Positions 10,850 to 23,200 of a stretch of 64,000 bases of DNA are shown piece after piece. This DNA is from Rhina ancylostomus (Eukaryota). A program made the translations under genes and the position numbers. Numbering within the stretch: position 1 is the stretch's first letter; the number at the start of each line of letters is the position of its first letter. The stretch spans positions 16,508,878 to 16,572,877 of the forward strand of contig JARFYF010000057.1 of the NCBI GenBank assembly GCA_030265395.1, in the 5' to 3' direction. The notes under the pieces are model-generated. The model searched no databases. It was not told where the DNA came from and saw only the letters and a program-made list of their open reading frames with translations.

Positions 10850-13800
10850 TGCAATATCACTAGTTTTCTTTTTATTAAGCAAATCTCTTCAATGCATTTC
10901 CAATCACTCATTCCCAAAAAAGGGATTATAAAATAACAAAACTTTGTATAATAATGGGGACCAGCTTCTGGAATAACACATACAGGTACATTTGTCAATA
11001 TGTAACCTGGCTTTGTGCTTGTTGTGGACACAAGAGTTCACATCTATAGGATTAAGCTATTCTTTTAGATGTGTGGTCCAATAGTTAAACAATAAATGAT
11101 AATGCCAATTGGGGTTCTTGAATAAAAAAGTGTTTTGTCCTTGAACACACACACTCTTCCGTGGCTAAAGAGCCATGAGAGCAGAGAGCAGTTATTGCCC
11201 CACCCTCCAGAGGAATTGCAGAATCAAGGCTTACCAGCACTCCCCACATGGTTGACCTTTAAAGACTGGCTGTGGGAAACTTATTCAAGGGCAAGGTAGT
11301 ATTTTGTACACTCTTAGTAATATGTTGACTTAATGAATAGTTTGACTGGTCAGCTGTTAATTATGTATTTATTTAACATGATGAATGGCTATTACCAATT
11401 ACTATTTTGATATATTAATCCACTTTCCCAAACAGATCACTCATTCTAAAGGCGGCCAGGGATCCAACTTGCTTTTCTTACCCTATCATATTTTCCATCA
11501 TATCAGCAACTCTGAACTCAATTAAACCCAATTCCCTCCTAGACTTGATTTACACATTCATTCATCGGTGAGCTTCATTCCTACCCCCTAGACACCTCTT
11601 CCTCAATTACCAACATGCTAGTCCAAACTTTGAACTCCAAGTAACTCCTCCACTATGCCCTTCCATTCACTGTGTTGAAATCAGAAATAAACCTCATTTA
11701 CTCAGGTTCTCAAAGTTGGGGCTCTGCTCATTTTTCTGTGGTCTTTCTTCAAAGCATAGGGTTACTAATTTTTATTTTAATGTTTAACTGTGTTTATGCC
11801 ACACTACTGCCAAGGAACATTTAGAACTGGTCTTCCATGTGAGAGACACTCAGTTCCAACCCAATCCATTGAGCGCACACAGTCATCACGGAATAGAAAC
11901 ATGGTTTTCTTTATTGCTGAAATCAGATTCATTCTAGACAGGTCTTCATTTTACTGTGACAATTAGAATAATAATCCATCATAAAAACAAATTGCTCAAC
12001 ATGCTACAATCTTGTTTACAATTCATTAAAGAAAACAGGTGCACAATTTGACAGAATATTAACAATTCATTTCTCCTTTAAATTTTACAACATGTAACAA
12101 AACTAACAAGAACCTGCTTCACCATTACTGGCAGTAGGGTGACAAGACAGTTCTGAACTATATACAAACTATACATCCTAATATATGATCAAAATCTCTC
12201 CACCCTTTTCATTAAATGCTATAGTCTAAGCAGACAATCAGACAACTTTACATTATAAACAGCAGTCCAGGACCTGAGTCACTAAATATACATTTTATCT
12301 GTAGGTTTGGCAGGAACACCGATTCCATTCTGTTGACAAATTCCCCCAACCTCTTAGTTTTCTTGGAAAATCTTCTGAAGGCACTAATTTTGTCACAAGT
12401 GAATAATCATCTTTTTCTCCACCCTGTACTTTATTCCCAAATGGCCAAAGGCTGAGATTCAGGGGAAGCTCACCTGGCCGTGGACACAAAGTCAAATAAT
12501 CCAGTCCACACACATTTTTAGAGGACAGCAATTAGCAGTGGCTGGTTTGACTGCTTCTGCTTACCCCTATACAGTAAGCTCAATGCAGCAACACTGGCAG
12601 AGAGCAGGTGAAGTGCATATGGTCTGAACTCCATACATCATTTAGTAATACTTCTGTGAGATTTAGTAACAAAACTGGTGCATAGTGATGGGCTGAAGTG
12701 AGGACTAAAGGGCAGTGCCTCAATTGAATCCTAAATTATGTTAATTACTGAAGGCATTTATGGCACCTGACTTGTTTACTCATTCTGCATGATCCTTGTG
12801 CATAATTACAAATATTATGAGCTCCATTCTGTAGTCTATAAACACCAGTTACCTTCATACTCTTGACATTCTTCTCCCCTCCTGCGTCCTGATCAGAATT
12901 GCTCCATAGGAACAGGCAGAACCCTGGTACCCTACCTGAGGGACAAAGATTTGCAAACAAGGCTAGATTTGAGTGTTAGTTAAATATTGGTGCCTGAATC
13001 TCTCTTTTCCCTATTTTTCAACAGATCATGCCAGGAGTGAAACCCCTGGTGGATTTTTCATTAGCTCTACATCACTGAAGTAATTCATATGGAAGCCAGA
13101 TGGAGATCAATACATAACTGACAGTGGTAATACCTAATTTATGCAACTCTTTTTAAGAATGCCCCAGATTTTGAGGTAAGAGTGGAGGGAGGGATCAACT
13201 GGAATTCACAGTGGCAGCTTAACTTTTGTTAGATCGTTTGCTAGGAACAGACTTTTACTTTGAAAGACCTAATTTATCACGGTGCTTTTTGAAAACTTTT
13301 AAAATAAAATTAAATTGAAAATTACTGGGAAGTTTACAGGGAAGCCAGGTTTGAATTTCAACATGCAATCATGCACAAGTTGGCCATGCTATAAGAGGGA
13401 CGGAAAGTGACCATCTTCCAAGGACGTCATGCTCCTCTCCGTTCAGAAAAATCTTGAAACTTGGATATGCAAACCAGTAAACCAAAAACAAAACTATTTT
13501 AAAAATCAGCATTACTGTCTGCCATATAGCTATGAATTTTCTTTGAAGACATCAAACGTCGAAACTCCAGCCCTAATCTCACCTCTTCCAATGGACTGAA
13601 ACTTGGCAATAGACAAGAACACGATCAATGGAGTCCAAAGAAAAACACATCTTGAAGCATTGGAAGGTTTGCTGCATCTAAGTGTCCCCCAGGGTCCAAC
13701 CTCTCGCATTCTGCCCCATGTGACAAGCAAACAATCTCATGCAATATTCAATTGGTATGTGGAAACTCAGGTCCCTTCTGGCAAGACTTTAAGGGGCAAA

Positions 13801-16800
13801 CCCTCAGCCTTAAGCAAAATCAAGAATATTGCAGGTCTTCAGGGAATATGGACTTCAGGGAAGTCATGTGACCAGGCAGTAGTCATATGACAACACCTAT
13901 CAGTGGAATGTTTGTGGTTTTGTTAGGTCTCCGATTGCCACTTTAGACCAAAGTACAGTAACTTTTTAATAGAGTGCATTAAAGTGCTCTATGACTTCAA
14001 AATTAACTGCTAAAACATTTTACAGATTAATCAACTATAAACAAATGAAAAAAAATTGTCCTTAAGTGCAAATTGGCAAAAAACCCGCTCAAAAATTACA
14101 AGTGAAAGATATTCTAGTGGTTAATGCTTTCAATATCTTCAAGTTTCTTTAACCTGCTTAAAAAAACTTTTCCAATTAGAATGCAATAATTCAAAAAACA
14201 TCAGAGTAGGGGAGATATGCCTGTGTTCTCCAACTATTCCCCAATTATGATCATTGACAGATTATTTACCAATAACTGGATTGGCTGGGTGTTGAAATGG
14301 ATGAGAGAGAAGGGTCAAATTTGGTTTAACCTGCATACGCCAAATGCTATCACAGTAATTTTCAACCAAAGGATGTGCATACTCATACCAGAAGCAGGGG
14401 TTTATTCCCCACTCTCAAAGTTGATATGTTACTTTTCCCCACTTCCTCATCAGCTGTGCATCCTCTGCAAGATCATATCAAGCAGAATATCATCCACTCT
14501 GGGCACCAGCACAACAATCTCTTTCCTTGCACACAGAGATTTAACCCGGACATTAAGAGTGAGCCCATGCCCACTTGCCTTGGTGCAACATAAATGCTGC
14601 ATGAGGTAAGACTCCAACTTGCTCGCATAGTACATTACGAATGTACCTTCAATCAATAGAGCAATTGAGTGCTGGAGGGATCTTCAAGCCAGCACTGCCA
14701 TTAAAAACACTATTCTCCCAGAGGAAATGATCCTCCACCAGTCAAGGCTCCAGTCCCCTTCAGTGGGTGGTCTGATGTTAAGGCATCCAATGAAAGCAAA
14801 GAACCAGACATGTTGGGAATACTGGGCTATAACAAACGAAAAAAAGTGTGCCTGTTCCCTGGAATAAAACTTAATGTTATGTGCAAATGAATTAAAGATG
14901 TATGTGCACTTGTACAAGATACACAGCCATGAGCACATGCAGTAAGTTAGCATAACTTCCGCCAGTTTGATTTTGATTTCAAACTTTGTTCTGCATTCAT
15001 CAATTGTCACTCAGATCAAACACAGATGCTCTCATTGCCAAATTAAATGCACTCGGGCTTTCTCACCCAAGTAGACCACAGTGCAAACAAAAATTCAATT
15101 TAAATGGCAATAGGGCCAAACCAAGACAGGGGATGTGTCAGTTTAATCTGCAGGTCTGTGCCAGTCTCAGCCAGGCCAGCAAGGAGGACATGATCATTAC
15201 TTTCAGCATAAAATACATCCTGCTTATCCTCAATGTCAGTGACCTCTGTTATACAATACAAGAGTACAGACATCAGACCAAGGACAGAATGGTCTCTGTA
15301 GTGGAATAGTCAACTGACACACAATCTATGCTGACACAATGAGAATGCCCTTTGGGAAAGTGCTATCAGGATAGCTACCAAGACTTTTCCACATCCCCAC
15401 TATGGAAGAGTGAACTACATAGATTTATGCCAGGAGTGTGTGGATACCAGCAGTATAGTGGAAATCTTTGGTGGGTTAAATGACTTAACTAATTTGTTAA
15501 CTTTGAAATGCCCAAGCAGCATTGGGCTTCACAACCTACCAAAGAACAAGGGGCTTAAGCTAGTTTGGTCATCTCAACCAGCAGATGCTTTTCTCACCTT
15601 CATCTCCAATCAATTTTGCTTTGTGCTTTGATTATTTTTCTCCACACTCTCAGTTGCTAAGAGACTCGTGTCTAATGGCTAATGAATGCCTGTGGGAGTG
15701 GGTACCCATAACAAATTTCAGTCCAGGGACTGGGTCTGACTGATACCTCAATGCCAAGATGCTGACCTCAGAGCTCTGAGGTACGCAGGACTGACCCGTG
15801 CTCTTCTACTTCTGACAACACACCTGTTCTTTTCTCCACTCCATCTCATGAGAAAAGCAGGTCTTTGCAGTCACACTTGGCCATAATCTGCTCATCAGGA
15901 GCTGGTGTTTTGGCCAGTGTCCACAGTATCTGGATTCCACTACAAGAGTCCAAGAATGGCTCATATTAGTCTCCAAAAATGGGTTGAGAAAAGCTCAAAT
16001 AAAATTCGCTATTCACATAGCTTAAACAATGTGGGTGGTTTGGCAAAACTGCAACACATAAAAATACAAGTTTAAAATACAATCAGTCCATGCGTGACCC
16101 AGAGTGTAGTTGGCCTTCCCATTCCCTACAGAGGAATATTTCTGACAACTGATCCATTAGTTTTCTCTTTGGTCCAGAAGAAAACCCCAGCCAATCATAT
16201 GGATCCTTCCTCTAACTTTAGCACCATTGGGTCCGTCCAGCTGCACTCCACATAACAGTGAATCTGCACTAGAGCCCTTACCCCAAAACACCAATAATGC
16301 AAGTGCTGCAGCAGAAATATAAGTATAAAATAATTGCATTAATTACCAAATAATATTTGGGGATGCCTGTTGAAAGAAATCATTTAAATTCAAACCTTTC
16401 ACATTCCCTACTGAATTTTGCTTAGGCTGAAAAACAATGAATAAAATTGGCAGGATACTCATTTCATTATTGAGTGTATTTAAAAAAAACTTTCAAAAAA
16501 AGTCACAGATTCATTAAAAAGTATAAATGTCAAGATGACACTCCTGATTCCTGGCATAAGGAAATTCAGTGGACCGACCCACTGCCAACTTTGCCTCCCT
16601 CCCTCCCTGCCATTTCCAGGAGGGGTGGAAGTTCAAGCTGCTGCCTCAGTTGGTCAATGCTTCCATTCCCAAACCACTCTTATCACATAACCCCAGTTTC
16701 CAAACGTGATTCACACCAAGACATGTCTCTCACAGGGAGGGAGGGGTCTTAGAAGTCTAAACAGTCTTTTCCTGGTAAATTCTTGATTGAATTACATTCC

Positions 16801-17123
16801 TGATAATGGGTGGAAAGGCATGCACAAAATATCAAAACCAGATTTTAAAATGGGACACCCTTTCCGAGCGTATAGACCTGCAGCCGTATAATGGCATGTT
16901 TTGTCCAGTAGACGGATTCTGGCACCATCTCTATTCTGAAGAGGATTCAAATACACTAGCCTGGGAAGCCATCGGTATGCTTCCAGCAGTCGTTGTTCCT
17001 GTGATCAGTACTGATGTTCCTCAATCCCTTCCCACCCTTCACCCCCAAAGTTATTTCGGGATTTTCCTGGGTTCTGTAGGCTATCCGGTGACTGCGATCA
17101 CTTTTTCATCTGCCCCTCATGAT
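10850..17123 (-). other. Probable long 3' UTR of ARHGEF18 (end uncertain)
   Basis: About 6 kb with almost no recognisable TE fragments, unlike the introns; minus-strand AATAAA near 14403, 12432, 11912, 11775 and 10873. Confidence 0.45.
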
Positions 17124-17287
17124 TCAGAAGAAAATGATCTCATTGCCAGATTCATCCTGTCCACTGGGTGGCTGCTTTGTCACCGTGGCAATGGGTGCAC
17201 TCTGGAGCTGGGATCTTCCACTTGGCATTGGTGTGTTCATTGCGTTTGACTGTGGCTCAGGCTGAATGTCCATTGGGACCACAGATT
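17124..17287 (-). CDS. ARHGEF18: ARHGEF18 last coding exon ([13 protein letters not shown]...[11 protein letters not shown])
   Basis: ctatcccag acceptor, TGA at 17126-17124; C-terminal IIFF resembles human EDVIFF. Confidence 0.9.
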
Positions 17288-20200
17288 CTGGGATAGCAAA
17301 GGAAAGCATCAGTTAAAACTAGTAAATCCTTGGCAGTGGTGCATGTAGTTATTTGTTGCATCAAGAATTTTTCTTACAACAGACACAAAACAACATTGGA
17401 CTGATTCAAATTGATCCCCAAACTATCCACTGCTTTTGAGAAAACCTTGGGATATTTCACCATTTTGGTTCTTGTCCAGGAAAAGCAACCATGAGATTCA
17501 GGACTGGAGAAATATCAAATACAGAACAAACATTCTGGAATAGCCCACAATTCTCAGTCCAATGCTGAGCCAACCAACTCCATGTTAAAAAAAATTTCTG
17601 TATTGAATCCCTACTTTTCTGGGATACAGGAGCTTTCCCCACACAGCTGGTGATAGTAATGTGGTCATTTGGCTTTTGGTGATGCTGGCTGAGGGAGCCA
17701 GGTCAGTGGGATAACTCTCCAAATAGTGGTGTAGCCTTTAACCTTCCTATAAATAGACAAAGTATTACATTTAAATCTACCCCTTCCCAGTCTTCCCCCG
17801 CCCCCATTAGAATTTTAGAAGAAAAAAGTGAAATATGAGCACCAAGCAGCAATTTCCAAATTAAGGAGTCATGACTGAAGATATTGTTAAGGAGGCATCA
17901 AGGAAACTTTTGAAAATATTTTTTTGAAAAATTTCCAGATGGAACTGCAATATGCAGAGATGTAGTTACTGGTTGAATAGTGGATTAGAGAAGGAAAGAG
18001 AATGCATCCTGATGTCAGGTTGGAGAATAGCTATCTGGGGGAATGTGCAGCCGTTTTGCACAGTCAAACTGTACTACAAGAAGTCACAATGGACCATTTC
18101 TAAGAAGGACGAAACTGGGCAATGTATTCATGCAAATCTCATCAGGTGATGTGATGCCTGAAGGGATACGAAATGGAACAAGGACTTTAAAATTCTGTGT
18201 GGACCATGGTACAATGTGGATTCACTGAAGGACAACTTGGTGGAAAGATAGATGACCATAAGGAAAAAACATGACTTCACTGGCTGCAATGCTCTTTGGG
18301 ATATTTTGAAAGGAATGTGAAAGGCATTATATAAATGCATTTCTTTCTTTGACAATAAGAGCTGTTTTCATTACAGCAGTGGAGGTTACTGAACGGCTTA
18401 ATGGATATAATTAAAATAATGAAAAGGTACAACAGAAATAATGGAAACAGATACCTTGGACCCTAGGTTGAGAACGATGGACTGCAAGATTAAATGCAAA
18501 TGATCTAGCTCAGAGAAGTGAGTATTTTCCTTTTTTTTTAAAGATTAGTCAGAGGCTGAGAGCCTTTAGGATGCACTACTGGAGTTAGAGACTGCAGAAT
18601 GAGGCAAAATTAATAGAAGACAAAAGGGACTGAAGAAGAGAAATATTAAATTTCAGGAAAAAAGTGAACACATGGGCTTCTGCTTGCATGATGGAAGACA
18701 ACTAATATGAATTAATTGAGCCAGTTTGTTTCTGCATTGTAATTTCCACATTTTCATGCTTCTTGAATCAGGTAGTTACACTAAATATGAACACAAATTG
18801 GTAGGGTTCCAAGGCTTGTTTCAATGTTGTTTATCTACAACTACATCAAGTTGGTGATCCTCACCTTGATGGGAGAGACTTTGGCTGCTTGATATCAGAG
18901 GGCTTGAAGACCTCCTGCCTCTCAGTACCCCATTATCTTTTATGAAAACGCTTACTGGGTTGTTTTGTCTTAAGTCTGCCGTGACTGGCCCTTGAAGCAG
19001 AGAGAGCATTTTTAATTCAATAGATGCACAAAGGACAANNNNNNNNNNAAAAAAAACAAGGGTAATGCTCACCACTGAACCAGTTAAAGGGTGCTTTGAG
19101 CTGGTGGATACATTTGGGGAACAATGGGCCACAATTTGCCTTCAATGCCCCAGGCTCCTGAGAGTAAAGAGCCAAGTTTCCTGCTCCTGAATTCTGTCAA
19201 GTGACCAGCATTCTGAAGGTATTGTAGTTAAAAAGGATAACAGCACTTATTTTGTTCTTTGGGTAAGTCTTCAGATGGAACTAAAAGGCATGGGAGGGTA
19301 GGGCTAAATATAATGTTAGAGAAATTAGACTGGTTTAAAAAGGAACAAAATCATATTCTTTTCATGTAATGGGAGATTTGACAAGAGTTGGATATTGAAA
19401 CCTCGTCATCTCCAAGTTGGGGAAATAGATAGGGGTAGGGTACATTGAATGGATTGTCTAATTCAGACTACAAATTGAGTAGTTTAAAGATAGCATGTTG
19501 AATTATATGAAATAATAAATGACACACAAGCTGCATATGAGGAAATAATTGGAAAAGGCAGGGCGGTTCTCTTGAGCGAAAGACTTTAGTGGTAATTAGG
19601 GCACCAGAGGATTGGGCTTCACTGGGAGGGAAAAGGCATTAGATTTAGCTTTGATGGATCAAATGATCATTTGCTGCCCCAAAAATATTTGCCATCAGAA
19701 TTCATTTGAACATGTGAATATGCCAAAACAGGAGAAGAGCTCGGGATTCAATTCAAACAAAGAACAATAATATCTCACATTAGAGATCTGTGGCCAGTCT
19801 TGAACTGAATTGCAGCATTCGTACATTTGCATGCAGGAATGATAAGTGAAATAATTATGAGTGATGTGTACCTGCTAATGGCACCAATGAAGAGGGCACG
19901 CCAATAATGGATTGCCGGTCCTTGCCTTTTCCACCCTTCTCTTTTCCTCCTTTTGAGATGGCGAGTTTTGTGGGGATTTTCTGTTGTACTCCAGTGTGCT
20001 TCAGACTTTCGTTAGTGGTGCTGACGAGATGAATGGGCACATTGGGTTTTGGAACAAGGGACTGTCGAATCTCAGGTGTACGTGCAAACATTGAGACTGT
20101 GCTGTTCTCCCTTTGAAGCTGGATTTCAGCAGATCGCTCAGAGTGTTCCATCAATGTGTTTGGCTGCCCAAGGTCCTTCACGCCATGCTGGGTCAGTCCT

Positions 20201-23200
20201 ACCTCACCCTGTGGTAAGAGGTTCACTTCTGCTCGGTCTCCGTCAAGGCTGTGGGAGTGAGTGAAGCCTGGAATCTAAGGTTCAACAATAACTTATGAGT
20301 CCACAGCATGCTGAATATCAACCACCTACTTGGAATGACAAAGTAACCTCATGTTTTGGAAACATGCATATCAAAACTGTAAGGATGTAACAGGTGAAGG
20401 AATAGTCCATAATGGCCCTCAGGACTGCTCCACGTTCAGCTGATCTTCCACCTCATCCTCACTTTCATGCCATATCATTCCTAAGGCCATGTAAACACAT
20501 CTGCAGGATACACCAGCATACTGAGCAACATTTATTTTTGAACCTGGGGTAACATTCTGGTTTAAGAGTTAGAAGGTTGTCAGTTCAAATCCCACTCCAC
20601 ATTAGAGTTTGGCATTCCATAACCCTCTTTTGAAGATGGACATACTTTTGGTACATAGAAAACATTTGTGCTACAAGCAACTAAAACAGATGGACTGTCA
20701 TTTATTTCTGGATGGATCTTGAGTACAAATTCATTGATATATGTATTATAAATGGCCTTTAGGTAGCAGTGAGCTGTTCTTTTGAACTAGTGCAATCCTT
20801 GCATGGTTACGTTATGTTGTAGAGTAGGGAGGTAGGAAATAGCAATTTCCACATAAAGACTGTGCAACAGGGGAACCTGGAAATGGCAGCATTGTCATGT
20901 GTCTAATGTCCTTGTGATGGGTTTGGGAGGTGCTGTCAAATTTGCAGACTCATTTCTTATATTACAGAGACAACATGTCAGAACCTATTTTGGCAATTTT
21001 TGGTACATCCAATGGTTTGAAAGCCATTATATAGAAGTGTTTTCCCTGTCACACATATCGAACCAAAGTTATTTTCTAAGTCTACAGGCTAATCAGTAAT
21101 ACACCTCACTAGTTTTGAACAAGAGACAAGAGGGGTGCACATCCATCACACACCATCCCAACAGCAAAACAAAACTGCACCAGATTTACCCCACTAAAAA
21201 TGCAAAGGGTCAATATATCTCAACCATATGTATAGAAACAGGGTCTTGAGAGAGTCCAGCCCCAAGTTTGGCTTTCCTCCCAATGAAATCCAGTTTGCAA
21301 GGTTCAACTGACATGAACCAAGTTAAAAACACCTGCCACATTTCCCCAAATCACAGAGCCTACACAAAGGATAATTCACAACAACAGAAATGTGGAACCT
21401 TAAAGTGCTTGATAAAACTACATAAAGGCAAGGGTTCATCCTTCAAGGAATGGAGTTGGCCTTGCAATGCATTCAGGGAAAGGTTAAGTCATTTCCTCAC
21501 GTGAAAAATAAGATGCAACTTAAATATTTTCTAGAAGCAAAAATATTCTTCTATTGCCAGTTTGTAAATCTTCCCAACAAATTATCACTTTTCCTCCACT
21601 GAGCAAACAATCTTGCACACCTTTCTCAACAGACAAGTGGAATTAACAAAGGCTCATTGCACAGGAAGCTTTCAACAATTCTAATCACAAAGCTGCTCTA
21701 CTGCCCTCTGGTGGACTTTTGTCTTTAAACCAAAGAAATCTTGATGTAAATTTCTAATTCATCACCTGCTGAGAGACTGCAATGTACTACTACTTTAAGC
21801 CAACAATACTGAGGTTTAGTGGCAGCCTCAGTCAGGCCATCTCACCGCAGATGGGCTTAAAGCCCTGTTCTTGTGCTGTACTGTTCTATGTTCTAGATTA
21901 GGGAGTGAACAAGAGAGGATACTATCCTGTCAGTTTCTGTTTACTCAGTAGTACATTCAGCCCATTAGTAAATCATTTTCACCCAAGCCTTAATTTTGTA
22001 GATTTTGTACCCCTGCTCATCAGCAATGCTTTCCCCGTACTTACTTCAGTTGTTTCAAACTAAAATGTTATAACATTTTTGTGAACTCATTCTGCTTGTA
22101 GTTTTTCCACCAACAATCAAAATACCAAGTGAGCTGCCATTTGGCAAATCTAGTTACCCAGGCAATGTACATGTTGTGTTGATGATTATCTGGTCATTAC
22201 AGAATGCGTTCTGTGCTGTAAACAGACACTCAAATTGCTCAATCCATACTGGCTCTGAGCAAGAACGAACCAGCACACCCCCAACCTTTCCCCTTAGCCA
22301 AGCAAATTCTTGCTTTTGAGGTTTGCAGNNNNNNNNNNNNNNNNNNNNNNNNNNNNNNNNNNNNNNNNNNNNNNNNNNNNNNNNNNNNNNNNNNNNNNNN
22401 NNNNNNNNNNNNNNNNNNNNNNNNNNNNGTAGAATATTCCCAATAGAGTGATCGCTCCCTTCCTGTTTCTGACCTCCACCCACACTGACTCAGTAGACAA
22501 TTTCTCCAGGACATCTTCCCTTTCCGCAGCTGTGATACTGTCCCTGATTAGTGATGCCACTCCTCCACCTCTTTTACCTCCATCCCTATCCTTCTTGAGA
22601 CATCTAAACCCTGGAATATCTGGCAGCCTTGTGACAGCCAAGTATCTGTAATTTCCACAACATAGTTCCACATGCTGACCCTTGCTCAAAGTTCATCACC
22701 TTTGTTCCAGATACTGTTGTTAGGGAGGGTTTAAACCAGTTTGGCAGGAGGATGGGAACCCAAGTGATAGGTCAGAGGCTGGTGCATTTAGTGTACAAGC
22801 AGATGCAGTGTGTAGAAAGACAATGAGGAAAGATAGGCGGTTGAAAGAGCAAAGTTGCAGTCAGTTGGATGGCCTGAAGTGTGTCTACTTTAATTCAATA
22901 AGTATCAGGTACAAGAGTGATGAAATGGAAAGATAGCACCCATGCTGTCAGCCAAATCCATTGGACGGATAACTGAGCCAATGTTGGTGTCCTCTCCCAG
23001 TACAGCATCCCCAGCATTGGCACTTTATTCATCTCTAATGGTGCTGGCTATCTGGACAGTGGCAAAACAGATGTACTAAGAGCCTCTTTGAAATTCTGCA
23101 ACATCCCCACCACACACTTCCGGGAATTCCTGTCTCACGACTGCTCAAAATGGAGAAAGAGCATTTGGGATGGCATAGTCCATTTGTACAGAGTATACAG

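Noticed and set aside
14217-17249. ORFs of 100-147 aa in the putative 3' UTR
   Set aside because: No recognisable domains or splice structure; consistent with chance ORFs.
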